A stretch of 62,612 bases of DNA, the filler included. It is 5 parts of 5 records of this genome, joined end to end, with 100 filler letters (N's around TTAATTAATTAA, not from the genome) between each part and the next. Parts side by side here need not be neighbours in the genome. Positions count along the whole stretch, not along the records: positions 1 to 13,450 come from SRR20825006_1928; positions 13,551 to 26,341 come from SRR20825006_1930; 3 more parts are not named here. One strand, 5' to 3'. This document shows, one piece after another, positions 9,216 to 19,703 of the stretch. A model generated the notes under the pieces. The model had not been told where the DNA came from and made no database searches. It saw nothing but the letters and a program-made list of their open reading frames with translations. The position numbers and the translations under genes are program-made. The stretch's first letter is position 1. Each line of letters opens with the position of its first letter.

Positions 9216-10318
9216 TCTTTTCCGCATTCTCACCGCTGCTGCGCAATGCCGGCCTGGCCAATCTGACGCGTGACACCCTGCTGCGCATGGACCCCGAAAC
9301 CGCCCATGGCGCCACCATCACGGCGCTCCGTATGGGTCTTGCTCCGCAACAGGAACATGCCGATCCACCCGAGCTGGCCACAACCCTGTGCGGTATCGAG
9401 CTGAAAAATCCCGTCGGCATGGCGGCAGGCTTTGACAAGAACGCCGAAGTGCCGCGCCCCCTGGCGCTGATGGGCTTTGGCATGGTCGAGATCGGCACGG
9501 TGACGCCGCGCCCCCAATCAGGCAACGCCAGGCCGCGCCTGTTTCGCGTCGGTGCCGCCGAGGGCGTCATCAATCGTATGGGTTTCAACAATGAAGGCCA
9601 CGAGGCCGCTTTTGCACGGCTCAAGGGCCTGCGCGTGCCCGCGGCACTCGGCGTCAATATCGGCGCCAACAAGGACAGCGAGGATTTCGTTGCCGACTAT
9701 GTGCTGGGCGTGACCCGCTTTGCCGATCTGGCCGATTACCTCACCGTCAACATTTCCTCGCCCAATACGCCGGGGCTGAGAAACCTGCAGACTGATGAGG
9801 CCTTGCGCCGCCTCTTGGGCGAAGTGCTTGCCGCCCGCGCCAAGGCAAAGACCCGCGTGCCGGTACTCCTCAAGATTGCACCCGATCTCGACGAGGCCGG
9901 CATGGACGCCATCGCCCGGGTAATTCTCGATACCGATCTCGATGGGTTGATCGTCTCCAACACCACCATCTCGCGGGACCCTGTCGCGGGCATGGAAAAT
10001 GCCGGGGAAACCGGCGGCCTCTCCGGCAAGCCGCTTTTCGCCCTCTCGACCCAGCGTCTCGCCCAAATGCGCCAGCGCGTCGGGGCGCTGCCCATCGTCG
10101 GTGTCGGTGGCATTCATTCGCCGCAATCGGCGCTGGCCAAGCTCGAAGCGGGCGCCAATGCCATTCAGCTCTATTCGGCGCTGGTCTTTGGCGGCCTTGA
10201 TCTGCTCGAGCGGATCAAACGCGGCCTCCTCGCCGGTGTACGCGCGGCGGGAAAGAAGAACATTGCCGAACTGGTGGGCACACGGACCGACGATTGGAGT
10301 TCAGGCCGGGCTGAATAG
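9212..10318 (+). CDS. pyrD: Quinone-dependent dihydroorotate dehydrogenase
   Basis: NPVGMAAGFDKN, GTVTPRPQ.GN.RPRLFR, INRMGFNN, NISSPNTPGLR, KIAPDL and GGLSG. Confidence 0.95.
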   Translation: MIFSAFSPLLRNAGLANLTRDTLLRMDPETAHGATITALRMGLAPQQEHADPPELATTLCGIELKNPVGMAAGFDKNAEVPRPLALMGFGMVEIGTVTPRPQSGNARPRLFRVGAAEGVINRMGFNNEGHEAAFARLKGLRVPAALGVNIGANKDSEDFVADYVLGVTRFADLADYLTVNISSPNTPGLRNLQTDEALRRLLGEVLAARAKAKTRVPVLLKIAPDLDEAGMDAIARVILDTDLDGLIVSNTTISRDPVAGMENAGETGGLSGKPLFALSTQRLAQMRQRVGALPIVGVGGIHSPQSALAKLEAGANAIQLYSALVFGGLDLLERIKRGLLAGVRAAGKKNIAELVGTRTDDWSSGRAE

Positions 10319-11644
10319 CCCGGCTTTCTTGCGCTCCAGCGCCCACCAGTAAATCGCCCCGCGCGCCAGAAACCAGCTATGCATGGCGGCCCACAGCCCC
10401 CAATTGCCCCAATCGCGCAACACCAGCGCCACGCCGACAAACACCACCAGCGACACGATCATGCCATTGCGCATCACCACATTCTGCGTCGTACCGATCA
10501 GAATGCCGTCATAGACAAAAGCGGGCATGAAGCTGAGAGCACAGAGCGCTGCCACCGGCAGGAAGGTCAGCGCCTGGGCCCGCACCTCTGCATTTGTGGT
10601 CATGAAATTGATGACCCACGGCCCGCCCAGATACCAGGCCGCGCCCAGTCCGAGCGCAATGACCAGCCCCCAGATCATTGATAGGCGATAGGCCTGGTCA
10701 TAGGCGGGCCGCCAATTGGCGCCCACTGCCTTGCCGGTCAATTGCTCGGCAGCTTGCGCAATGCCATCCAGGAAAAAGCCGACCACCATCAACAGGTTCA
10801 GCAACACCGCATTGGCCGCCAACGCAACCTCGCCCATGCGCGATCCCTGCGCGGCAAACCAGGCATAGGCGCCCATCAGCGCCATGGAGCGGATCATCAG
10901 GTCCCGGCTGAGCCCGAACATGCGCCGGATCGCGACCGTGTCACCCAACTCGCCCGGCGCAATGCGGGTCACAAGGCTTGCTATGCCGCCATAGTGCCGC
11001 GCCAAAATGGCAAGGCCCATCAAGGCCGCCACTACCTGCCCCAGTACCGTGCCCATCGCCGCGCCGGCCACGCCCCAGCCCAGGCCATAGACGAACACGA
11101 TGCTGCACACGATGTTGATGCCATGCAGCATCAATTGCAGCAGCATGCCGGTGCGTGCCGCCGCCCGGCCATAAAACCACCCCAACAGCGCATAGTTGAC
11201 CAGCGAGAATGGCGCCGACCAGATCCGCACATGGTAATACTCCGCCAGCGCCTCGGCCACGCCTGGATCGGGTGCCAGCAAGGCCTCTGCGGTCCAGAGG
11301 ATCGGCCCGGCCAATAGCAACAGGCCAACACCAATGCCCACCCCCAGGATCAGGGCCCGCGCCACATGCAGCAGTCCGTCGCGCGGATCGCGTGCGCCCA
11401 CCGCTTGCGCCACCAGTCCCGCCGTGCCGATGCGCAGGAAATAGGCCATTGAGAACACGAAATCGAACACCAGAGCGCCCAGCACCAGCCCGCCCAGCAG
11501 CGCCGCATCGCCCAGGCGCCCGACTACGGTAATGTCCACCAACCCCACCACCGGTTCGGTGATGAAGGCAATCGAAGCGGGCAGGGCAATGGACCAGACG
11601 TCGCGGCTGCGAACGTCAAAGGGAAACTGCGGACGGGTGCTCAT
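10301..11644 (-). CDS. MATE family efflux transporter (DinF-like)
   Basis: About 12 TM segments; P.VGLVDITVVGRLG, FLRIGTAGLVAQA.G, LDGIAQAAE and FVYDGILIG. Confidence 0.88.
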   Translation of the reverse strand: MSTRPQFPFDVRSRDVWSIALPASIAFITEPVVGLVDITVVGRLGDAALLGGLVLGALVFDFVFSMAYFLRIGTAGLVAQAVGARDPRDGLLHVARALILGVGIGVGLLLLAGPILWTAEALLAPDPGVAEALAEYYHVRIWSAPFSLVNYALLGWFYGRAAARTGMLLQLMLHGINIVCSIVFVYGLGWGVAGAAMGTVLGQVVAALMGLAILARHYGGIASLVTRIAPGELGDTVAIRRMFGLSRDLMIRSMALMGAYAWFAAQGSRMGEVALAANAVLLNLLMVVGFFLDGIAQAAEQLTGKAVGANWRPAYDQAYRLSMIWGLVIALGLGAAWYLGGPWVINFMTTNAEVRAQALTFLPVAALCALSFMPAFVYDGILIGTTQNVVMRNGMIVSLVVFVGVALVLRDWGNWGLWAAMHSWFLARGAIYWWALERKKAGLFSPA

Positions 11645-11749
11645 CGGAAGGGACTCGGGGCGAACTACGCTTAGTTCATAGCATTCCGGTGGGCCAAGAA
11701 AAGCCGGACATGACCCGACAGGCCGGCCGCATCTCTTGCACGCCGCGGA

Positions 11750-12421
11750 CTACCCTGCCACCTCGAGCTCGAACACGACGTCTGCTCGCTCCCGCGAGCT
11801 TTCCACAAGGTCGTAATTGGGCAGGTCATTGCGCTCGATATGCGCCTTGTTGCGCTCGGCGGTAAACAGCCCTTGCTCGCCATGGCGCTTCATCAGCCGC
11901 TCGCGCACGGTGTCGCGCGGCACATGGACAAACACGGCATAGTCCAGTTGCGCCTTCACCCCGGCCCACGGCCCCTGGGTCAGCAGCAGGTAATTACCTT
12001 CCACCACCAGCACCTTCACATCCGGATCGACGGTAAAGGCATCGTCCACCGTGTCCTCGATCTTCCGGCTATAGCCCGGCCCGCGCACCACTTCGCGCGC
12101 ATGTTTGAGATGATGCAGGAAACTGACAAACGCGGCCCCTTCGAAGGTATGCGGCGCGCCCTTGAATTCGGTCTGGCCCATGGCTTCGATCTTGGCATGC
12201 TTCATATGGAAGCCGTCCATCGGCACCAGCGCCGAACTGCCCGGCCTGACCGCATTGAGCATGGCGACGAGCTCGGCCGCCAGCGTCGATTTGCCCGTTC
12301 CCGGCCCGCCCGCAATGCCAATGGCGATGCGCTTGCCTTCGGCCTGGCTTTCCATTTCCAGGACATGCGGCATCAGCCGGGACAGCATTTCAGTCGGCGT
12401 TAGACGGATGGTTTCGGGCAC
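11750..12421 (-). CDS. P-loop kinase, FrcK/YggC (pantothenate-kinase-like) family
   Basis: GIAGGPGTGKST, VPMDGFH, KGAPHTF and VVEGNYLLL; GTG at 12421 after AAGGAGG. The longer ORF-track start is antisense overlap with the helicase. Confidence 0.8.
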   Translation of the reverse strand: MPETIRLTPTEMLSRLMPHVLEMESQAEGKRIAIGIAGGPGTGKSTLAAELVAMLNAVRPGSSALVPMDGFHMKHAKIEAMGQTEFKGAPHTFEGAAFVSFLHHLKHAREVVRGPGYSRKIEDTVDDAFTVDPDVKVLVVEGNYLLLTQGPWAGVKAQLDYAVFVHVPRDTVRERLMKRHGEQGLFTAERNKAHIERNDLPNYDLVESSRERADVVFELEVAG

Positions 12422-12490
12422 GTCCGCTTCCTCCTTGGTATCCTCGGCTGCGATCATATAGGGTTTGAACTGATTTGCAGCAGGTGATCC

Positions 12491-13450
12491 TTGGCGCCGC
12501 ACCTTCCACCGATCATCGATGACTGGTTCACGGCCCGGGGCTGGACCCCGCGTGCCCATCAGCGCGACGTGCTTGCCTCGCACCAGGCCGGCGCCAGTCA
12601 ATTGCTCATTGCCCCGACTGGCGCCGGCAAGACACTGGCCGGCTTCCTGCCCACTCTGTCCGATCTCGTCGATGGCCGGTTCGAAGGGCTCCATACGCTC
12701 TATATCTCCCCGCTCAAGGCCCTGGCGGTCGATGTGCAGCGCAACCTGTCCACCCCCATCGCCGAAATGGGCCTGCCCATCCGCGTCGAAACCCGCACTG
12801 GCGACACCTCCGCCGCCAAGCGCGCGCGCCAGCGGGTCAAGCCACCCCAGGTGCTGCTGACCACGCCCGAGCAATTGGCCCTGCTGATCTCGCATCCCCA
12901 TGCCGAATTGATGTTTGGCACCCTGCGCCGCGTCGTGCTCGACGAACTCCACGCGCTGGTCACCTCCAAGCGTGGCGAATTGCTGTCTCTCGGGCTGGCG
13001 CGCCTGGCCCGGCTGGCCCCGGACATGCGGATCACCGCGCTCTCGGCCACCATTGCCCAACCGGAGATGCTGCGTGACTGGATCGCCCGGCCGCTGCCGC
13101 AGCGCCGCACCGATCTCCTGCACATGGCCGGTGGTGCTCCGCCGGAGCTCTCCATTCTCCAGACCCAGGAGCGCCTGCCCTGGGCCGGCCACTCCGCCGT
13201 CTATGCCCATCGTGAGCTTTACGAGACGATCCAGCGGCACAAGACCACGTTGCTGTTCGTCAACACCCGCTCACAGGCCGAAATGCTGTTTCAGGGTCTC
13301 TGGGACATCAATGACGAGATGCTGCCGATCGCCCTGCATCACGGCTCGCTCTCGGTCGAACAGCGGCGCAAGGTCGAGGCCGCCATGGCTTCAGGCAAGC
13401 TCAAGGCCGTGGTCTGCACCTCCACGCTCGATCTCGGCATCGACTGGGGC
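12491..13450 (+). CDS. Lhr-like ligase-associated DNA-damage DEXH helicase, 5' part (cut by contig end)
   Basis: APTGAGKTLAGFLP, YISPLKAL, TTPEQL, DELH, LSAT, HHGSL and TSTLDLGIDWG. Confidence 0.88.
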
Positions 13451-13550
13451 NNNNNNNNNNNNNNNNNNNNNNNNNNNNNNNNNNNNNNNNNNNNTTAATT
13501 AATTAANNNNNNNNNNNNNNNNNNNNNNNNNNNNNNNNNNNNNNNNNNNN
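13451..13550. other. Artificial contig linker
   Basis: N44-TTAATTAATTAA-N44, giving stop codons in all six frames. Confidence 0.98.
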
Positions 13551-13640
13551 GCCGCAGGATGTGTCGGGGGCATCGCTGGTTGAGTAGCTTCTAATAGACG
13601 CTGTGCGCTCGTGACGGAAGGGAAGGAACTGCCCCGCCGC

Positions 13641-14750
13641 TTAGCGGGGGGCCAGTGTAGCAATCAGCCGATTTGCGACACGGGCCATTGCGGTGGCGGC
13701 GGAGAAGTCGAACTGGTTGATGGCGATGAAGACACCCACATCGCGGGAAGGCGCGAAGGCAACGTAGCTGAACACGCCATCGGTGCCACCGGCCTTCTGG
13801 ATGACCAGCGGACGGTCACCTTCCGGCATCATGATTACCCACCCGAGCCCCATCGCGTCCATATGCCCGGATTCATCCAAGCCTGAGACCGGCTCGAGTC
13901 CGTCCCGCATCAGCCAGGCGGCATGGCTGATGGCGCGGGCTTCGGCGCCCTCGTGCCCGAAGCGGTCGAGGTTCCATTGGAGATATTTGACCATATCGTT
14001 AGCAGTAGTGTGCAGCGACGAGGCGCCGAAGCGGTTTGGGATCGGCTCACCCGGATCCATTTCGACACCGTTCCAGTCATATCCGGTCATGACATTGTCT
14101 CCCAGCGGCCTGGGAAAACCAGTGGCGTCAAGGCCGATTGGGTCGAGCACGGTCTCCTGGAGGAGGTCCTGATATGGTAGTCCGGACAGACCCGAAAGTG
14201 CCATCGCCAGCAGATCGAAGGCGATGTTGGAGTAGAGGATGCCGGTCTGGGGCGTGAACAGCAAGGGATCGCCCGCGAGGTTGGCCGCAAAGGATTCGTC
14301 GCTGTAGCGCACGATGCCCTCGACCGGCACGAGTTCGCGAGGTAACCCGCTGGTGTGAGTGACCAGGTCGATCAGGCGGATCTCCCGGCCATCACGCCCT
14401 GGCAAAGTCTCGACGACCCCAACATGCGGTCCGGCGGGGTCGGTCAGAGCAACACTGCCGGCAGCTACGGTGTGGGCTAGTGCCAGGCCGGTGAAGGTCT
14501 TGCTAATAGAGCCGATGCCGATCTGCGTTTCGCCGTCCGGCTCGCGACCGCTGCCTTTACTGACCTCACCGAAGCCGAAGACCGCGCTCTCACCGTCCCG
14601 TACTGCGGCGATGACCAGGCCCGGCACGCCACTATCGAGATGAAAGATCTGGCCGGTGAACGCTACCGCCTCGTTCAGCAGCGGATCCTCCGCGGAAACG
14701 GGAGTAGCGGCCAGAGTCGCTACAGCGGCAGCGGCAAAGAACAGTTTCAT
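13641..14750 (-). CDS. Serine hydrolase, AmpH / class C beta-lactamase-like PBP
   Basis: Signal peptide; SxxK (GSISK), YSN and KAG motifs; LVTHTSGL. Confidence 0.85.
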   Translation of the reverse strand: MKLFFAAAAVATLAATPVSAEDPLLNEAVAFTGQIFHLDSGVPGLVIAAVRDGESAVFGFGEVSKGSGREPDGETQIGIGSISKTFTGLALAHTVAAGSVALTDPAGPHVGVVETLPGRDGREIRLIDLVTHTSGLPRELVPVEGIVRYSDESFAANLAGDPLLFTPQTGILYSNIAFDLLAMALSGLSGLPYQDLLQETVLDPIGLDATGFPRPLGDNVMTGYDWNGVEMDPGEPIPNRFGASSLHTTANDMVKYLQWNLDRFGHEGAEARAISHAAWLMRDGLEPVSGLDESGHMDAMGLGWVIMMPEGDRPLVIQKAGGTDGVFSYVAFAPSRDVGVFIAINQFDFSAATAMARVANRLIATLAPR

Positions 14751-14798
14751 CGTCAATCCGGGTATTGGTATGAGCGGGCAACGCCATGCGGGAAAGGC

Positions 14799-15509
14799 CT
14801 AGAGTATGGTCACCCGGCCAGTTGCGATTTCGTAAATTCCGGCTACGGCGCTGAGTTTGCCGGCGGCGTAGGCTTCCGACAGGATCGGCCCTTCGGTCTT
14901 TGCCAGTTCGGCGTTGCGCTTGGCGTTTTGGGCCGTTGATGCTGCAAGCAGGTCATCTGGTGCGCTGTCCATCACCTCATAGACGGCCGGTCGGATCGCA
15001 TTGACCAGACTGGGCAGGTGGCCCGGAGGGAGTTCACGGTCGTTGATGGAGGCGATTGTCGCTTCAACGGCGCCGCATGCCGAATGGCCAAGCACCATGA
15101 TGGTCTTGATGCCCAACACAGCCACGCCGTATTCAAGTGTCGCCAGACCCTCTTCACTGATGAAGTTACCCGCCACGCGAATTACGAACAGCTCTCCCGG
15201 CCCTTGATCGAAGATCAGCTCCGGCGCCACGCGCGAATCCGAGCATGTGACAATGGCCGCGAATGGCTGCTGTCCCTGGGCGCGGGCCGCACGCGTGACA
15301 GAATGATCCGTATTGATCGCCGCATTATCTACATAGCGCGCATTGCCATCAATCAGACGCTGCAGCGCCGCCTCAAGCGAGACCGGCGCGGGTTCGACGC
15401 TCTCCTGTGCGGCTGCCTGTACTACCAAAGGCGCCGCCAGCGTGAGAGCTAGCCCCCCAGTGATAAGGCCGCGTCGGCTGACAGATCCTGTCGTGCAATC
15501 TTGGCACAT
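14799..15509 (-). CDS. Beta-class carbonic anhydrase with twin-arginine signal
   Basis: SRRGLI Tat motif; CSDSRV, GELFVIRVAGN and GHSACGA zinc ligands. Confidence 0.92.
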   Translation of the reverse strand: MCQDCTTGSVSRRGLITGGLALTLAAPLVVQAAAQESVEPAPVSLEAALQRLIDGNARYVDNAAINTDHSVTRAARAQGQQPFAAIVTCSDSRVAPELIFDQGPGELFVIRVAGNFISEEGLATLEYGVAVLGIKTIMVLGHSACGAVEATIASINDRELPPGHLPSLVNAIRPAVYEVMDSAPDDLLAASTAQNAKRNAELAKTEGPILSEAYAAGKLSAVAGIYEIATGRVTIL

Positions 15510-15715
15510 GCTTATTCTCCCGAAAATGTTTTGGCTGTTCCAGTACTCGTCTACGGCGCGGGGGGCGGCGCAAGTGCCACGCAGAGTAATGGGAGCAGGT
15601 CTATTCCACGGATCTGAAACTGCTCACGTTCTCGCCGTGGCAGTAAGCTAGACGCGGGGAGTCGCCCCCGCTATCCGATATCCGCAAACCTTGACAATTG
15701 GTCGCTCCAAAGGCG

Positions 15716-16720
15716 CTACGAGCGCCGCGCGAGCGTTGCCTTAGGCGTTTCTTCGAAGACTTGCTTGTAGTCGCCGGCAAATCGACTGAGATGCAGAAAA
15801 CCCATCTGCATGGCCGCGCCCGTCACCGTCGTCGTCGGGTTTCCCGCGAGCAATGTTGAGCGAACGTGGTTTAGGCGGCAGAGGCGCAGGTAGGCTTGAG
15901 GAGCCATGCCGACATATGCGTGGAATGCATAAAGAAGCGTTCGCTCCGAAACCGCGAGCGACAGACAGATGTCCACGATCGTTGGCATCTCATGGGCTGC
16001 CAAGCGCTCGTCAACATATTCTCGGGCCATGCGGCAAATCTGAAGGGCACGGGCCCTAGCAGACAACGGGGGTAGGATAGTGTTGTCGCTTGCGTTGGCG
16101 GCTACGATGCGCAGCACGGTCTCGAGCATAATAGCGCGCAGGACATCAGGGGCCAGTACGTCACCTGCGCTGGCAGCCGTTTCCGCGGCGCAAAGCCATT
16201 GCGTCAAGGCTGCCTTGAGGGCCCCGAGTTGCGCACATTGGAGCTGAGAAACTTGTCTCGACGGCAAGGCCCATGCCGCAGGATTAAGTCCTCGCGCGGC
16301 CTCAAGGAACTCCCGCTCTGAGAAACTAATATAGGCCGTTTGGGTGCCGGCAGGCACATAGATGTCGAAATCGGTCCGCTCAGGCATAAAGAATACGCTC
16401 TCCGTGCCGCTTGCCGCGTGGTCGGAGAAACGGAATGCCGAGCTCGGCGTAGAATACGAAATTGTGCAGTAATCCGCGGGCGTGGAGCCCAGTTTCTGGA
16501 CGGCTGCAAACTGGTGCTCCTGAACGATCTGCTGGCTTCCCAGGTCCAGAGTATGCATCTGAGATACCCGGCCTCCGCGGCTGAGTTGATAGCACTCCAT
16601 GGCAACCCAAGGCTGCATACTCGCCTGTGCGGCGGCGTTCTCGATTGTCTTCGAGCACAACTCGTTGCCAAGGGCGGAGCGGTCTTGCGCCGCTGGAGAA
16701 GCGTCACTCGTGGCAATCAT
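15716..16720 (-). CDS. AraC-family regulator (EutR-like)
   Basis: C-terminal VSERTLLYAF..YLRLCRL..TVTGAAMQMGFLHLSRFAGDYKQVFEETP. Confidence 0.85.
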   Translation of the reverse strand: MIATSDASPAAQDRSALGNELCSKTIENAAAQASMQPWVAMECYQLSRGGRVSQMHTLDLGSQQIVQEHQFAAVQKLGSTPADYCTISYSTPSSAFRFSDHAASGTESVFFMPERTDFDIYVPAGTQTAYISFSEREFLEAARGLNPAAWALPSRQVSQLQCAQLGALKAALTQWLCAAETAASAGDVLAPDVLRAIMLETVLRIVAANASDNTILPPLSARARALQICRMAREYVDERLAAHEMPTIVDICLSLAVSERTLLYAFHAYVGMAPQAYLRLCRLNHVRSTLLAGNPTTTVTGAAMQMGFLHLSRFAGDYKQVFEETPKATLARRS

Positions 16721-16859
16721 GAAAACGTGTTCCGTATGAAGCGGTGACCTTCCTCTCAGCTTATCCTGCGGTAGCTGATATGGCGAGCATCCGAAGGGCC
16801 GCTACTGGTCGTGACGGCCCGTTGTTCGGGCCAGCAAAAGTGGATGACCTTTGCCTCGT

Positions 16860-17070
16860 CTATGCTTGGCTCGCCGCGAGAAATTCTCGGGAATAGGGAA
16901 TAAACAGTTCGCCGTTCCTGAGCTGCGCCCGGGTCTGGGTTTCGACATGTTTGGCCTGGCGCATAGTCATGAGCCGATCGCACACATAGGATACGATGGC
17001 CAGATTGTGGCTGACGATGACGAAGGTCAGCCCAAACTTTTCACGCAAGCTGTTCAGAAGGTTTGCCACC
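16860..17070 (-). pseudogene. Remnant C-terminus of a peptide ABC transporter ATPase (DppF/OppF-like)
   Basis: VANLLNSLREKFGLTFVIVSHNLAIVSYVCDRLMTM...PYSREFLAAS; no Walker A/B or signature motif upstream, because ybbP ends about 100 nt away. Confidence 0.7.
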
Positions 17071-17165
17071 CCAAAAACGACAGCGGCCGGAACGACCGTT
17101 TGGAGGCGCCTTGCCGACAATCAAGTCGAAGACTCAGCAGGATAGGCCGCAACACAAGACATTCG

Positions 17166-19703
17166 CTACGTAGCTTCGTCCCGCAGCCGCTTGGCTGGGC
17201 GAACCGACATGGCCGACCTAGTGGTGAGCACGCCTGTCGCGATAGTGACAGCGACTGCACCAAGAACGACGAGGACAATCGTCAGGACGTTGGGGGCGAA
17301 GGCGATATCCATGACGAAGGTCAGTATTGCCCAGGCCGCGGCGATACCCAGACCCGCGCCCATCGCCGCGGCGAGCAGGCCAAGCATCCCATACTCGACT
17401 AGGAAGCTGACAATGACATTGCCGCTGGTCGCACCGAGCACCTTCATGACCACCGCATCGGCCTCGCGCTGATTGCGGCCGACCGTCATGGCGCCAGCCA
17501 TGACCAGCACACCGGACAGGACAGCCAGGCTCCCGACCAGCGCCACGGCATTGGCAAGACTTGAGAGAATGTCCTCGATCTGCTTGAGCGCCTCCCCCAC
17601 CGGCAGGAAACTTAGTGTCGGAAAGGCCCGGCCGAGCCGTGTCTCGACGCCAGCCGCTGCGCCATCGACCACCTCTATGCTGCCCATCAGCGTTTGCGGT
17701 GCGGCCTCTACGACGCCGGGGGAAAACAGCAGGCGGAAATTGAGGCCGCCTTCGCGCCAGTCGATGCTGCGGAAATTGGCGATCGTCACCTCGATCGCCC
17801 GGCCGGCAATGCTGATGCGCATGCTATTGCCGACGGCCAGGCCCAGCGCGTCGCGCAACTCGGTGCTTAGGGAAATCTTTGGCGGCCCATCGTAGTCGGC
17901 TGGCCACCAGTCCCCCGCGACCACGCTGGAGCCCTCCGGCACCGCTCTCGCCCAACTCAGTGCCGTGTCGCCTTGAAACATGTCGGCGATGTCGTCGGGA
18001 AGCGGCCCCAGATCGCCGACGGCGGTGCCGTTGACGCTCTCGATCGTCCCCCGGAGCATGGCAATGGTTTCGAGCTGCTCGATATCCGGATCTGCCGCGG
18101 CAAAGGCTTCCACCTCGGGAAGCATGCTCTTGGGCATGTCGAGGAGCACGAAGGCCGGCACATCCTCAGCGACCGCGCTGTCGATCTGCGCCCTGAGGCT
18201 CTGGTCGAGCAGCGTGATCATCAATAAGAGGGCCAGACCCAGTCCGAGCGAGAGGACCACGACCGGCGCAGCCGATCCGGGCCGATGGATAGCGCGAATC
18301 GCCAACCGAAGCTTGGCCTCCGGCAGAGGCGGCAGACGCCGCAAGCCCGCCTGCAAAACCCAGGCCGCACCCCGGAGTAAGCCAAAGGCGACGAGGGCCC
18401 CCACGCCATACCAGAAGACCAGCATTGCCGATCCCGTGGTCAGCAACGCCAGTCCGGCAATGGCAGCAAGCATCACCAGAAGCGGCACTGCCGTCCGCCA
18501 GGCCAACAGGTCGCGCCAACCGAGACGGGTGTTGTCGCCTCCCGAAGAGCGGAACAGGCTGGCTGGCTTGAGTTTTTGTGCTCCGCGCAACGGCAGCAGG
18601 GCAAAGACGACGGCGATCAGCATGCCGAATGCCGCCGCCATCAGCAGCGACCTGGCATCGACACTGGGCGCCAGGTCCAGCGAGAGCATGCCGGACAGAA
18701 TGGGCAGGGCGACAAGGCTCGTGGCAGCGCCCAGGATGAGCCCGAGTAAGACGCCGCCAGTCGAGAGCAGCACGACCTGGGTCAGGAAATGCACCATGAT
18801 CCGTGCGCTGGTAGCGCCCAGGCTGCGCAAGGTCGCAATCGAACTGCGCCGCTCGCCAATGTAGGCGGCAACAGCATTGGAGACCCCGACCCCGCCCACC
18901 AGCAAGGACGACAATCCTACCAGCGTCAGGAAGCGGGCGAAGAGATCGAAGAACCGCCGCAGGTTCTCGGCCGCATCTTCCGGTTGGCGAAGATCCCAAT
19001 CGGCATCGGGAAAGGCCTGGTCGAGCTGAGCAATGGTGGCTTCCGCCGATGTCCCGCCTAGTAGCACCTTATAGCCAAAGCGGCTCAGCACACCCTGCTG
19101 CTGCAACCCGGCATCTGCCAGCGTGGCGTCGGAAATGATGGCGGGCAGGCCGAGCTGAAAGCCTTGCGCGGCCTGGTCCGGCACGCTGACCAGCACGCCA
19201 CGAACCATGAATTCGGCATTGCCGATCCGCAGGCCCTGCCCCACGGCCAAGCCCAATCGATCCAGCACGCCCTGATCGACCACCGCACCGGGCAACCTAT
19301 CGGCCACTGCGAGCATGTCGCCGAGCGCCGCTGGCGGATCCACCTCCACCTCTCCCAGGAGGGGATAGTTGTCGCTGACCGCGCGAAGATCCAGCAACAG
19401 GCTCTGGTCATTGGCACTCGCTCGGGCGCTGAGGTCGATCGAGCGAGCCGTTTCGCCCAGTGCAGCGATAGCAGCGCGCTGGGCTTGGGGCACATCGCCA
19501 CCGCGCTGGCGTATCTCAATGTCGCCGCCCAGGATCACGCGCGCATCGCGCGCCACTGCCGCCTGCAATGCGGCCCCGACCGAGGACACCGCTGCAATCG
19601 TGCCAACCCCTAGCGCTAGACAAGCCAAGAGAATGACAAAGCGGCGCATATCGCCCCGAAGGTCGATCACCGCAATGCGCATCCAGCCAAGCAAACGGTT
19701 CAT
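17166..19703 (-). CDS. ybbP: Large FtsX-like ABC permease
   Basis: 845 aa with two FtsX-type halves; LACLALGVG, LGGD, SIATLRSLGA and SIDWREGGLNF; overlaps the ybbA stop. Confidence 0.85.
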   Translation of the reverse strand: MNRLLGWMRIAVIDLRGDMRRFVILLACLALGVGTIAAVSSVGAALQAAVARDARVILGGDIEIRQRGGDVPQAQRAAIAALGETARSIDLSARASANDQSLLLDLRAVSDNYPLLGEVEVDPPAALGDMLAVADRLPGAVVDQGVLDRLGLAVGQGLRIGNAEFMVRGVLVSVPDQAAQGFQLGLPAIISDATLADAGLQQQGVLSRFGYKVLLGGTSAEATIAQLDQAFPDADWDLRQPEDAAENLRRFFDLFARFLTLVGLSSLLVGGVGVSNAVAAYIGERRSSIATLRSLGATSARIMVHFLTQVVLLSTGGVLLGLILGAATSLVALPILSGMLSLDLAPSVDARSLLMAAAFGMLIAVVFALLPLRGAQKLKPASLFRSSGGDNTRLGWRDLLAWRTAVPLLVMLAAIAGLALLTTGSAMLVFWYGVGALVAFGLLRGAAWVLQAGLRRLPPLPEAKLRLAIRAIHRPGSAAPVVVLSLGLGLALLLMITLLDQSLRAQIDSAVAEDVPAFVLLDMPKSMLPEVEAFAAADPDIEQLETIAMLRGTIESVNGTAVGDLGPLPDDIADMFQGDTALSWARAVPEGSSVVAGDWWPADYDGPPKISLSTELRDALGLAVGNSMRISIAGRAIEVTIANFRSIDWREGGLNFRLLFSPGVVEAAPQTLMGSIEVVDGAAAGVETRLGRAFPTLSFLPVGEALKQIEDILSSLANAVALVGSLAVLSGVLVMAGAMTVGRNQREADAVVMKVLGATSGNVIVSFLVEYGMLGLLAAAMGAGLGIAAAWAILTFVMDIAFAPNVLTIVLVVLGAVAVTIATGVLTTRSAMSVRPAKRLRDEAT

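Noticed and set aside
13495..13506. TTAATTAATTAA recurring four times (also 26386, 46623, 54768)
   Set aside because: Synthetic six-frame-stop linker inside N-runs; not a biological repeat or CtrA site.
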